Below are positions 20,947 through 31,600 of a stretch of 64,000 nucleotides of DNA, piece by piece. Below the pieces are notes generated by a model that worked only from the letters and a program-made list of their open reading frames with translations, searched no databases and was not told the origin of the DNA. Origin of the DNA: Carpediemonas membranifera BICM (lineage: Eukaryota > Protista > Fornicata); NCBI GenBank assembly GCA_019828565.1, contig JAHDYR010000035.1, forward strand, positions 142,672 to 206,671, given 5' to 3'. The position numbers were made by a program, and so were the translations under genes. Position 1 is the stretch's first letter. Every line of letters begins with the position of its first letter.

Positions 20947-22167
20947 TTACTCAATTGGCTTCATATCCGCCACCTTCTGGTAGACAGTCATACACTGGTC
21001 GCAGAACCTGACACGATAGTCCTGGCCGTCGAGATGGAACTCAGCATAGCTGAAGTGTTTCTCTTCGCAGAACCAGTTTAGGCACGCCCGGCAGACGCCA
21101 GTGTCCTTTGTCGACTTGTCTCCGTCCTTGATACACGCGTGACATCTGTTAGACCTTCCTGCCAGACTGCAAGCTGCGCAAACCTTTCTGTTCTTACCAT
21201 CAATCCTCTTCTCTCTGACACACTGAAGATGCATGAACTGATGGCAGAGATAGCACGTTTCATACTCGTTTCTTTTCATGTTTGGGTTGAAGTACCATTC
21301 AGGTGAGGCACAAACAGCGCATGCGAACAGTAACTTACGCTGATATAGCTTCAGAAACGTCGCTTGCTTGAGGGCGGGGACCTTATCGTTCATTTCAACG
21401 GCCTTGGGTGACTGCTTGAGGAGATCAGTGACAGTTGTGGAGAGTGAAGCCGTCACCATCGCGGCAACCTCCTTCAAGTCAGCCTCTTCGAGCCTCGATC
21501 GCTTCTGAGCAGGCTCATGCATCTGCGCATCAAAATTAAGCTTCTTGACGGGGGAATCAGGCTTGATGGTAGCCAAGTCAGCTCTTTTTCTGAGCTTTGG
21601 TACCAATGTTGTCACTGGAGTCTTTGTGGGTGTCTCTGCGGGTGTTTCTGCTGGGGTACGTGGCTCAGGCTGGAGCTTGCGATGCTTGATCCTGATTACA
21701 ACGGCTGGAGGCCATTGAATGCCGGTGCAAGTGATCAGACTGGAGACATCGTGGAGTCCAAGTCCCCGAAACAGCACAGACATCCTGTTTCTAAACTCCT
21801 GCAAGTGTTCAGCTGCATTTGCTCTGTCTCTGACAACCAGGTAGGGTATCTTTGTGCCAATGAGCTCTGTGCCACCCTTTCTACTTGCCACAAATGCCTG
21901 AATGGGCTCAGTAGTCGTGCGCCTGACGGAGTTTGCAATAGCAATCTTGCGAAAGCCGTTGCAGAGGCCCGATATCACATCCTGCATGCCAAGGAGAGCG
22001 CGATGAACGTCAGAGGTCGTCAGACCGATAGTTGGGATGTCCGCGACGTCGAAAAAGCATTCCAGGAAGCTAGTCACGAACAGCCGGCGGTACTCTGTTC
22101 TCTTATCCGATCCGCAAGACGTGCCCTGCGAAATCTCAGCTTTCTTCGCAGTTTCACTGGTCGTCAT
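20947..22167 (-). CDS. PHD-like zinc-finger protein (406 aa)
   Basis: CAVC...CYLCHQFMHLQC...CAAC, then CHAC...CRACLNWFCEEKH...CDQC; paralogous to 10754..11941. Confidence 0.75.
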   Translation of the reverse strand: MTTSETAKKAEISQGTSCGSDKRTEYRRLFVTSFLECFFDVADIPTIGLTTSDVHRALLGMQDVISGLCNGFRKIAIANSVRRTTTEPIQAFVASRKGGTELIGTKIPYLVVRDRANAAEHLQEFRNRMSVLFRGLGLHDVSSLITCTGIQWPPAVVIRIKHRKLQPEPRTPAETPAETPTKTPVTTLVPKLRKRADLATIKPDSPVKKLNFDAQMHEPAQKRSRLEEADLKEVAAMVTASLSTTVTDLLKQSPKAVEMNDKVPALKQATFLKLYQRKLLFACAVCASPEWYFNPNMKRNEYETCYLCHQFMHLQCVREKRIDGKNRKVCAACSLAGRSNRCHACIKDGDKSTKDTGVCRACLNWFCEEKHFSYAEFHLDGQDYRVRFCDQCMTVYQKVADMKPIE

Positions 22168-22237
22168 ATTCTCATCTTAAACTGCGCAGGTGTTGACGAC
22201 AATGTTCCGGTTATCCACGAACGAAAGGCTTAATCAT

Positions 22238-22417
22238 ATGACCAGTTGCCTCCATGAAGTCGGCAAGATACAAGATTCTGTTCGAGAAATACGAAATCAC
22301 ATCACTGGGCTGAATTGCGAGGGTTTGGTGAATGAGAGGCTGAATGACACACAACACGTTCTGGAAGAGATAGGAGATATGTTTATAGATGTAATACAGC
22401 AACTTAAAGACCACTAA
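22238..22417 (+). CDS. Small helical hypothetical protein
   Basis: 59-aa ORF from an ATG with an amphipathic pattern, divergent from the PHD gene. Confidence 0.3.
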   Translation: MTSCLHEVGKIQDSVREIRNHITGLNCEGLVNERLNDTQHVLEEIGDMFIDVIQQLKDH

Positions 22418-22506
22418 CACGTTATTATCACTTTGAATAAGCAATGAATGGTTATGCAACATCAGCACCTACCTACGAATCACAAGAATGCCCCTAGCAC
22501 GTCGTA

Positions 22507-22622
22507 TGCAAGCAAAAATGAGACTTACCCGTACCTTCCGCACGTTTCTCTACGTTTCACAAACGTTGGTGAAACGTGTGAAATAGTGAAAAAGATACGG
22601 GTGAATCTCATTTTTTCTTGCA
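22507..22622. repeat. 116-bp imperfect palindrome centred on AACGTT
   Basis: TGCAAGCAAAAATGAGACTTACCCGTA...ACGTTTCAC pairs with GTGAAACGT...TACGGGTGAATCTCATTTTTTCTTGCA. Confidence 0.9.
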
Positions 22623-22665
22623 GTTTCTTGTGCAAAAGGGTGTTTATCCTCCGTATATCCCCGGA

Positions 22666-25224
22666 TTAACTGGCCATTCTAACAGTATGCACGAGACCGA
22701 CAATGAGTTCATCGGTGACTGGCTGGAGCGATTTCGTCTTCGCGTCCGTTCTCGCAGCCCGCTTCCGTTCCGAAATCTTGTGGCCCAGCGCACGCCAGAT
22801 CGGATCCTCATCCGACACGACGACTCCACGAGACCGCGCGAACTCCCGCACGTTCGCACGATACTGGGCTACCGTCTCACCTCGAAGCCCCTTCGTCTCG
22901 GCGGAGTCGACAACAAACTCAACGAGCTGGGCAACCGTCGGTACCCAGGCATCCGCGCCATCCTGCGTCCAGCCACGCTCGGCAGCGAAGCGGATTATGG
23001 CCTTCTCAGCACTGACGCGCTTCCGAGCCGTTGCGTCCGTCAGCCCCGTCGCGAGGAAACTGGCAGACCGCGCAGACAGATCCGGTCCTGCGACTCGCTG
23101 CAGCCGCAGAGCCAGCTGCTCCTGGCTCTTCGACCGGGGCCGACCTGATGCACCCTCGCCCGCCTCCTCCTGTGACTCAGAGAGGACCAAGGTGTGGGAC
23201 TCCGCGCCGAGGGTGAGGTGGACGCGTATGCCGCTGTCCCGCATGAGGTTCCACCACGGAGGGAGATGCGCCGAGGCTGGGATCGTCACCTTCAACGTGG
23301 CCGGGCGAACACCTGTGGGTCGGTCGAACCACGCCCTGACGGCCTCATCCGCGGTTCCACCTGCGAACAGCACCCAGGACGCACCGGTCCATCGGGGCAT
23401 GACCGGCGACACGGCCCCGTACTGGTCACGAACACCGCTGATCGCTGCGTTGGCCAGCTTGTCCTCTCCGGCCAAGTCTGCCTGTCCGGTGACCTCGTCC
23501 AGCTGGGCCACCGACCCCTCTGTCACAGGCTGCCCCGACTCGTGGGCGGTGATGATGATGTCGCGCACGAGTGACGACCGCCCCTGGAAGTACGACGCGC
23601 CGCTCTCGTTCCTGGGCCGGCCCACCCACTCTGCGGGCGGGACCATCAGTGGGACAAGGTGCGGCTGCTGGGTTGAGAAGAACCTGGTGGTGAGGTCCCT
23701 CACGTCGCACTGTGCGGGGCGCCATGCCTTCAACGCGCTCGCCCGCTCCGACTCACACTCCGCGTACTGGAGCCGGGAGACGGCGTCTGCGATGTTCTCC
23801 GTTGTCGGGACGTAGAATACTAGAAGGTCAAGGTCCAGACGCTGGACGATCGACCACACCTCCTCGCAGCGCTTCAGGATGGGGGACGACTTGGTGAACC
23901 CCTTCCTCAGCGCATGATACGCGTTGGTGTTGTCGATGTACAGCGCTACGCTGGTGCCCGGGCGGACGTCGAGACGGTCGAGCGCCATGGAGACTGCCTG
24001 CACCTCCTTCGCCGCGATGATCTCGTCGGGGTCGGCCCCCTCCTGGGCCATCATACCAGTCCCAAGATCGATCGCTCCGAGTTGGCCATCCGAAGCATCT
24101 GTGGCCAGGACAAGGCCGAGCGGCCTGACGGCTAGGCGCCGCCAGGCGTTTGCCTTCGCCGCGTCTACGATCATAGCCGCCGCTGCCTTGGCAAACTCGT
24201 CGAGGTGGACCCTGGCACGCGTCCTGTGACCAGCTTCAGTCGCTTCTAGGCAGTGTCTGATGGGGGCTGCCCAGACGCGGACCATCGGGTAGGCCCAGTA
24301 AGCGAACTCCAACTTGCCTAGCAGCGTGCGAGCCTCCTGCATGCTGAGGGCAGCGCCGGGACGTAGCCATCCCTCCAGTGCCTGGACCAGGTACTCTGCC
24401 TTATCCGCCGGCAGCCTGACCATCTGCTCCGGGTCCGCCTGCCACTCCAACCCTCGGAACACGACCTGGTGGGCTGGCTGCCTGGTCTTCCGGGCCGACT
24501 CGGCGAACCCCGCAAGACGGAATGCGCCGATCGCCACGTGGGTATCCGTTGCGGCGGCGTCATCGATGAGGTGGTCGACGGAGACGCCGAGGGCCCGCAC
24601 TAGACCCACGACCGGCTGGGTGAGCATCGTGAAGGCCTCCGGAGAGGTGGAAGACCCCATGCTCAGCACCTTGAAGCGCCAGACGTCATCACCCAGGCGG
24701 AAGGCGAACCGATTGCACTCACCCTCGGCGAGCGGCACTTGGAAGAACCCTTTCTCGAGGTCCATAGTGCCCGCCTCACCTGCGCGGAGGAAGAGCGGCG
24801 GAAGCGGCTCGTAGGAGTAGCACCTGCGGCCCAGGTAGGTATTCTGATGTCGAGCATTGAGGATAGGACGCATTGTGCCGTCCTTCTTCATCTCAAGCCG
24901 GAATCGTCCAGTGACGATATCCCCTAGCTCGACATCCGGGACCCTCTCGGTGAACCCTGCCTCCTCGAGCTTGCGCGCCACCGCGAGCGCCTTGGGCAGC
25001 ATGTCTTCCGTGAGGTACCCCGCAGAGTCCTCATCGAATGGGGCGGGGGTGCCACCCACGGCGGCGTGTAGCCGCTCATGGCCCACTCGACGACCTCCTC
25101 TGGTGCGTTCATGGCGTCTAGGAAGTCGGGGTCCAAGGCGCCACCCGGGCGGAAGGGGACCTGAGGCGCCACCCTCAGTGTCTGCTTGAGCGTCTCCACG
25201 CACAATGGATCTGCTCCCTTCCAC
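22666..25224 (-). CDS. DIRS pol (RT/RNase H) in frame with a truncated YR core-binding domain
   Basis: MRPILN, DLEKGFFQVPL, LSMGSSTSPEAF, HLIDD, LATDAS, IAAKEVQAV, YIDN, YVPTTENIADAVSR, MPRWTGASW. The C-terminal ...ETVAQYRANV...LQPVTDELI stops before the YR catalytic domain. Confidence 0.85.
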   Translation of the reverse strand: MEGSRSIVRGDAQADTEGGASGPLPPGWRLGPRLPRRHERTRGGRRVGHERLHAAVGGTPAPFDEDSAGYLTEDMLPKALAVARKLEEAGFTERVPDVELGDIVTGRFRLEMKKDGTMRPILNARHQNTYLGRRCYSYEPLPPLFLRAGEAGTMDLEKGFFQVPLAEGECNRFAFRLGDDVWRFKVLSMGSSTSPEAFTMLTQPVVGLVRALGVSVDHLIDDAAATDTHVAIGAFRLAGFAESARKTRQPAHQVVFRGLEWQADPEQMVRLPADKAEYLVQALEGWLRPGAALSMQEARTLLGKLEFAYWAYPMVRVWAAPIRHCLEATEAGHRTRARVHLDEFAKAAAAMIVDAAKANAWRRLAVRPLGLVLATDASDGQLGAIDLGTGMMAQEGADPDEIIAAKEVQAVSMALDRLDVRPGTSVALYIDNTNAYHALRKGFTKSSPILKRCEEVWSIVQRLDLDLLVFYVPTTENIADAVSRLQYAECESERASALKAWRPAQCDVRDLTTRFFSTQQPHLVPLMVPPAEWVGRPRNESGASYFQGRSSLVRDIIITAHESGQPVTEGSVAQLDEVTGQADLAGEDKLANAAISGVRDQYGAVSPVMPRWTGASWVLFAGGTADEAVRAWFDRPTGVRPATLKVTIPASAHLPPWWNLMRDSGIRVHLTLGAESHTLVLSESQEEAGEGASGRPRSKSQEQLALRLQRVAGPDLSARSASFLATGLTDATARKRVSAEKAIIRFAAERGWTQDGADAWVPTVAQLVEFVVDSAETKGLRGETVAQYRANVREFARSRGVVVSDEDPIWRALGHKISERKRAARTDAKTKSLQPVTDELIVGLVHTVRMAS

Positions 25225-26033
25225 CGGTCCGCCATCACCGCATGGACCAGTTCCAACACGGCAGCCCGACCCTCTACGGTGGCGAGGGCCTGGGCGACTT
25301 CGGCGGGCTCGACGGGGACCCTGAGGTCTCCGGAGGCTTCATTCGGCTCTACGGGGGCTTGACCCCCGGAGACAGCATCCTGAGATGCCTCGGCGCTGGG
25401 CTCGAGGACTCGCGGCTGCTCGACGCCCAGCTGGGCGGAGACTGATGCCGGCTCGACTGGACCCATACTCGTGGCGGACCCGGAAGCTTGGCGCGCGGTC
25501 GGAGCATGCGCGCGCTCGACGGTGGTAGTCGACCCACCGGAGACTGAGGCCATCCCAGGCCGCTCGACGTTGTTTCCAACGGAGACTTCGGCGTCTTGGG
25601 CTGACACCGGCTCAACAGAGGCCGACGTAGGTCCTCTGGAGACTTTCCCCCGCCTTCTCCTGTTCTTCTTCCGTTCTCGTGACGCGGCCCGCGTATCTCC
25701 ACAACCTAACTCAACTCGGCTCGGCTCAACACAATACGATTGGCGTTTACTCTTCATTCGGGAATACTTCCTCGGGATCTCGTGAAGAGAGTCGGAGGTG
25801 AGCCCAGCTGCTGCACCGACCTCTTCACGGAGCTCCCTCAGGTTCTCCACCGTCAGAGCAAACCCATCGATATCGAACCTGCGCATGCGGCTAGCAAGGA
25901 GGTTAACGACGTAGGAGACCCCCTTGGCGTCAGGGACCTTGCGGAGTAGCTCGAGAGTGTCTAGCATCAACCACAGCTGCTGGGAGTCACAGCTGGGCGG
26001 CTCGTCGTAGAGGGAGTACGCTCGTCCTCCCAT
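24924..26033 (-). CDS. DIRS gag-like ORF; its 3' end (VVEWAMSGYTPPW) is the pol N-terminus, frameshifted near 25045
   Basis: Located upstream of and overlapping pol, with a DIRS-type w..Gy..P motif. Confidence 0.6.
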   Translation of the reverse strand: MGGRAYSLYDEPPSCDSQQLWLMLDTLELLRKVPDAKGVSYVVNLLASRMRRFDIDGFALTVENLRELREEVGAAAGLTSDSLHEIPRKYSRMKSKRQSYCVEPSRVELGCGDTRAASRERKKNRRRRGKVSRGPTSASVEPVSAQDAEVSVGNNVERPGMASVSGGSTTTVERAHAPTARQASGSATSMGPVEPASVSAQLGVEQPRVLEPSAEASQDAVSGGQAPVEPNEASGDLRVPVEPAEVAQALATVEGRAAVLELVHAVMADRWKGADPLCVETLKQTLRVAPQVPFRPGGALDPDFLDAMNAPEEVVEWAMSGYTPPWVAPPPHSMRTLRGTSRKTCCPRRSRWRASSRRQGSPRGSRMSS

Positions 26034-26445
26034 TTGATGGCTGTCGGGGCCTTGCCACCATTGGCGATGGTAAGTCGGGCGTCGCGCACGGAAGAGCGGC
26101 CAAGCACCGCGGAGGATATTACGGACATGAAGGACTGCGATGTCTGAGGATTCTGGGACATAAAAGAAAAGGAGGCCCTAGAACGGACAGGTTCTCGGGG
26201 GATGACTCGAAACCGACTCCCGCTCTGATTGATTTGATTCGCCGACTCGGCGAGTCGACTCCGCGCACTCGCGTGAAGTCAGTAGCAACAATCACTCTTC
26301 TTTAAACCCAGCGCTTCATGGATCCAACACCCCAATCGACTGCAGAGCTTTAAACCCAGCGACATCACAGCAGCATTCTATAGTTTAGTCGACTCTCTCG
26401 GTCACAATCGTCGTACGACCAAATAATAATAACATAAAACGCGCC

Positions 26446-29400
26446 TCACTTCCCAGCGCGCTGTATGACCTCCTCTGCCGTGAGCTTGCGCCGCACCATG
26501 GGCGGAGTCCGTCTGTGCCTACCGTTCGGGTCGATCCCGTTGTCTGTCAGAATCTGACGGTACTTCCGCAGCACACCTTGCAGGATCTCCTTCTCCTGGG
26601 AAAGTCTCGAGTTCGCACCCTCGGCCCGCTCCCGCTCGGACTCGGCCTCGCGAAGACGCTCAGTGAGGGCCTCTTGCTTCTCGCGCTCGGAATTCAGGGC
26701 TGCCTCCGCCTCTTTGAGACGACTTTTCGCGCTCGACTGCGTAATCGTCAGGACCGTCTGGAACTCATAGATGCGCCGGGTGGCGTTGTCGCGGTCATTT
26801 TCGGCTTCTCGGAGTTTCAACTCGAGTGTGTTAATCTCTTTCCGATAACCAGACCCGACTCGAATCAACTGATTCCACATAGATCTGATCTCTCCAGGAT
26901 CCATAAGCTTAATATTGTCGATATCCAGCAGATACTGGCCCATACTCTTGACCGCCGCCTGCTTCTTCCTCAAGCTGTCGAGTGTGTCAGCTCTAAACTT
27001 CATCTCCTGCTCGATTCTTTCGAGTTCATCTCTGAGCAGCGCCACGGTCCTCTGCTGCGGCTGTACCTCTTCGACTGCGGTCCGCTCAATCATCCTAGCC
27101 TCGCTCCGCATGCGGTTATAATCATTGAGCAGAGCTTTGAACTTCTCCTGGACGTCCGTGTCGCACCTGTTCTTCTTGAGCTTCTCCGCTGTGACTTGAA
27201 TGCTCGACTCCATTGTAGCAACCGTCTGGAGCAGCTCGGCGTACTTGGGCTGCAGGACTGACGATCGGTTCAAGCTCACGGTCTCCGCGTCCTTCAGCTC
27301 ACGGCAGAGCTGCTCGTGGCGGTGCTGGAGCTCTGTAAGACGGCGAGACTCGCGCTCGATGTGGGCAACAACCTCGTCAGCACGAATGAGCTCGCCGATC
27401 TCCTCCACTGTGAATCTCCCGTCGGCCTTCTCCGAAGCTGGGGTCGCTGTTGTCGTCGGTTCGGGGCGGGGTGGCACAAGGGGCTGGGACCTGGGTGCTG
27501 CAGTGACTGGTCGGGAAGCTGTGATCGAGCGCCGGATGCCGTTGCCGTTGGGTCTGGCACTGCCGCCCTTGAAAAAGGCAAACTGGCTTGGGTCGGGCTC
27601 AACACGGGTAGTGGGCCGGCCAGCAGCTGTACTCGGCCTCTGGTTAACCCCCTCGGCCACAAGCTGGCCGAGTGACGCACCCTGAGGCGTGGAGGGCCGC
27701 ATACTCGCCGGGGTACCCCTGGTAGGCGTGTGGGCTGGGGACGAGGCTGGTCTGGCGGACCGTGGGGGCGTCGAAGGTTGAGGCTTAGTTGCCGGCTCGG
27801 CGTTGTCTGCCGTAACGGGGCTCTCCTTCTTCTCAAACACTCGGTCAGACTCGAACCCAGACTCGTCGTCTGACGTCTCTGTTGTGTCAGATGGGTCGAA
27901 CACGGGCGAACGGATCACAAGCTCATCGTCCACAGCCGCGGCCGTCGCGGGAATGTTGATCGGGGCAGGGGTCGACGGCTTGGCGGCCGGGGTACTCGCC
28001 TCATCGTTCTTTGTCTCCACAAGCATGGGCGCCTGCACCTCATCCTCCTCGCTCTCCTCATCGTCATAGGCGTCGCTCTCGGAGTCGGATGGGTCGAAGC
28101 GGGGCGACCGAATGCCCAAGCCTCTTCCCTCGCCCAGATCTTCCCGTGGGGTGAGTGTCGCGTCGGCGTCCTCGTCGATAAGAACCATGTCCATCTGCTC
28201 GAGTTCCAGGGCGTCTGGCTCTGCCCTAGAAGAGGGTGGGCGGGAGGTTCGGTTGTCTGATTTGTTCGCATCATTTGATGAAGACTCAGAGCCCTGGCCG
28301 GGCGGAGCTGAATGGAGGTCCAGGCGGGGCGGGGCTGCACTGGGGTTCAGGAGTGGTGTGGCAGGCTTAGGGAGCTGCATACGGCGACGCGTGCCCGCGG
28401 GGGTGGTTGACCTTGCCCTGTTCGACGCCTCGACCCGACGAGACTCCTCCTCGTCGTCGGCCGGGTCGTCTCGGCCCACGGCTTGGTCGACAGAGGCCGC
28501 ACGCTCGCGGGCAGTGGGTCTGTTACGGGCCTCGTCAAGTTGCTCCTTGAGGGCCTCGATGCGGGCCTTGAGGTCTTCGATGTAAAGATCCCGGTTCTTC
28601 TCTTCAATCTTGCACGGCTTGTTGACAACCAAGCGGGCACGACGAGCATATGTCACGGTCGAGAATATCTCCGAAAAATTCGTATCAGCCGAAGATACGC
28701 AGGCGACCATTGTGGTCAGCGAGTTACCACCCAGGCTGTCTCGCAACACGCTTGTGAGCTGCGAATCTCGGTAAGGGATATAGCTATCGCCGCGGTGGAG
28801 GGCATTGATTACGTTACCCAGCGCCAAGAGACCCAGGTTGATATTGATTGCCTCTCCAAGACGCTTGCCGTCGGTCCCAGCCTTCTTCTGGGACTCAGAA
28901 CCTGCCAGGTCGACCAGGTGGAGCTTGCTTGCCACATACCTGCCGGGCCTGATCTCTTGTTGGAGATTAATGGTGAATATCGCGTGCGATCTGGACGATT
29001 GTTCGTTCATGAGGGTCGACCCGGAGGCGCGATACTCCCCAAACGTGCGGAAGAGTGTCATGATCTCGTCGTAGGATTCCACGACCTTCTTTGCCGCGTT
29101 CTTGACGTGTTTGATAATGGTACCCGGAAGGTGTTCCTTCGAATGTGGATGCGACGACCTTTGGTTGGGCTTCAGTAAATCACGCAGCCCCTCCATGTAA
29201 ATCTCGATATATGACACTGATATCCTAGTCGAGGGGCGTCTGGTGACTTCTGACTTAAAGATGTACTCGACGGCGCGAGGGATGATACCGAGATGGCTGT
29301 CGGTGTCGTCCACCTGCGGGGCTTGCGCCATGGTGTAGGTCTTGCCTGTGTTAGCTGTGCGGGGGGTACTGACCTGAACCAGTCTGGCCGTAGGCGAAGA

Positions 29401-29653
29401 TGGTTCCGTTGTAGCCAGAGAGGAAGGAATCGAGAAGGGAGACGGTTTCGGAGAAGACTTGCTGCTGTGATGAGGATTCCCCGAATACATGGTCGAAGGA
29501 GTACCGGTGATCGCCGATGATAACTGATTTCTCGTCCTCCGAGGCCTGAACGCATGGATTGGCATGCTCCTTGTACTCCTTTGCGAGCATCGGCCGCACC
29601 CGAAGGCAAACCTTCACTGATGACTGCTGTTTCTTCTGATCGTCTGCTGTCAT
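26446..29653 (-). CDS. Kinesin, kinesin-4-like (1059 aa; intron 29346-29373)
   Basis: SVKVCLRVRP; YGQTGS|GKTYTM restored by a 28-nt GTCAGT...CTAACACAG intron; SSRSHAIF, LHLVDLAGSE, NINLGLLALGNVI, IPYRDS; coiled-coil tail. Confidence 0.95.
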
Positions 29654-29969
29654 GAGAGAAAATGAGCAGAAGGGAGAAAGTTTGTCGCGCAGGTTTCGTT
29701 AAGCGCAAAACTGCGAGTCAACCAATTGAAGTCTGCTAGACGATTGAGAGTTACTTTACTGCTTGCACTGTGCACTCTATGATACTTCACCAATATGACC
29801 GAACACTGCATGTATGCGGGCTATGTTATACATGACATGCGCCCCACAAGTATTTACTCCTCTATTGCGTTTGCTAATTAATCTCGAGATGATTTGATGG
29901 ATCGACGTCGACAAGAATGATGTCTTCCATGCACATGGATACTCGCTGAGTGATGTGCCGCCCGCAGCA

Positions 29970-31599
29970 TTGGTCGACCAGAAGGCCTGCTCGAGCGGGT
30001 ACATGGTTGAGAGACTTGGAGTGGGCAGTTGGTTTTCATCTATAAGCCATACGGGTCGATGTCGATCGGGGTGATCTCTGTCCACCTTTTGGGTACCTCG
30101 CGCTCAACCAGCTCAGCCACCCCATCTGACACACCCGCCAACTTAAACCACTGGCCGGTGGAGTTGCGGAATGAGTGGATATAATTGTCATTGTTCCATG
30201 TTGTATTGTATGCCATAGCCTCAAAGGGCACACGGATCTGGTCGTCGTTTTCGTCGTCGCACAAATGAGTGCGGCCCTCAGTCACCCTGGCTACCCGATT
30301 GAAGGCGCTGAGGAACCCCTTGACCCTCTCTGGGAACCGGAGCGGGGTGGGTGTGAGGCAGTTGTCGTTCTTTCTGTACCCAGGCAGCAGGCCCGACTGG
30401 GCGATATGATCGGGAACTTCGCCAGCGAACAGCAGCTGGCGGCCACCGTATTCCTCGGTGAAATCAAGTGCAGAAGAAATGATCCGGTCGACCCTGAAGG
30501 GCAGCACCTCGAAGCCAGTCATCTCATTCTCGTGCCCAATTCAGCTAACCATAATCGTTGTCTCCGCTGATCATCTGCCGATCGCCCATGGAGAGGATGA
30601 CAGTCCAGTTGCACTGCATGATGTGATCTGGGACAAATCCAGCGGGCACAGAGACTGGGTGGAATAGCAGTCGGTTGTATCCCTGGACATGGCCTCTGAA
30701 CTATTCTGGATGTCCACCGGCCGTGACAGTGCCGACCGAAGAGAGGATGAACGTCTGATCTCCTTCATCAACACATCAGTCACCATCCTGTGCTTCTCCC
30801 AAGGGGGCAGGCTGGCCTCGAGCTCGGCGATGTTGGGGCGATGTTGGGGAAGGTAAGGCGGGTCGGGTCGTTGAACTCAAATGACTCGAACCCCCAGCTG
30901 GCCATGACCGCCATCCCCCAGCCCCACAGACCCTTGGGCGTCCTGGCGATGTGGGTGAGGTCGTCGCTGTAGACCTCGAGGGCCCTGGGCATCCTGGCCC
31001 TGGTGAAGGCGGTGTGATTGGCAGTGCCGAGCATGAAGAGTCGGTCCATGTACATGCGGTGGTGATAAAATATGTAGGACCAAGCGTGCTGATAGCACTC
31101 GCCGTCCTTCTCTGCCACATTCAGCGAGAAGAAGAACTTGCGGCAGAGGAACCAGAGGCACTTGGCCTCAGGGGCGAGAGCCTTGCGGATCTTGTCGTGC
31201 ATCCTGGTAGTGTGTGGCTCCTCATCTTGAGCCCCCTGCAGCACCCTGTCCTCGAGGTCGGGGTTGGCCCCGCCACCCACCAGACACGCCCACACCGCGC
31301 CCTGGTTCAGCGTGTGCATGGCGACCGGGAGCTCCTCGCCATCCGCGAGCTCGACGTTCATGGACAGCGGGGGGCCGCTGGTGAGGATCGAGCGGGCGCG
31401 GTCGAGGAGGGCTTGCGCGGACGGTTCGAGAGGGGGGATCTTGGAGAGCGTGGCGAGGAGGCTTCTTGAAGTGCCTGGAGTAGGCGCACTGGATCAAGGA
31501 TGGGATGTCCCCAGAGATGGAGGCCGTTGCAACAAGCGAGGCGCGGAATGCGGTGATCAGCGCATCTCTGATGGCAGATGGCGAGGAACTAGTGCTGCT
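29970..31599. repeat. 1.63-kb inverted duplication, left arm
   Basis: Near-identical reverse complement of 37283-38915. Confidence 0.95.
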
Positions 31600-31600
31600 C
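30040..31600 (-). pseudogene. Fragmented member of an expanded RCC1-like-motif family
   Basis: ORF pieces 30780..31361 and 30040..30522 are homologous to 39469..41115 and are frameshifted. Confidence 0.6.

Larger units (their letters stand above)
1..22680. mobile_element. Putative large cargo-carrying DNA element (giant transposon or endogenous virus-like); left end lies outside the window
   Basis: Contains a RAG1/Transib-like transposase, a YR-like gene, paralogous cargo pairs and internal repeats, with no housekeeping genes. Its right side truncates the recombinase of a DIRS element. The terminal repeat and target-site duplication were not identified. Confidence 0.6.
22666..26160 (-). mobile_element. 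DIRS-like tyrosine-recombinase retrotransposon, 3'-truncated
   Basis: Gene order is gag-like, RT, RNase H, MT-like segment, then YR N-terminus. Higher GC than the left flank. The 5' boundary is uncertain. Confidence 0.85.

Noticed and set aside
22620-22700. RSS-like CACAGTG terminal repeat at the element end
   Set aside because: No convincing heptamer, and the other end is not in the window for comparison.
22703-23815. 370-aa plus-strand ORF and other antisense ORFs over DIRS pol
   Set aside because: Shadow ORFs of GC-rich coding sequence with no recognisable motifs.
26300-26361. 14-bp direct repeat CTTTAAACCCAGCG as a DIRS terminal repeat
   Set aside because: Too short, and the element's other end is missing, so it cannot be assigned.
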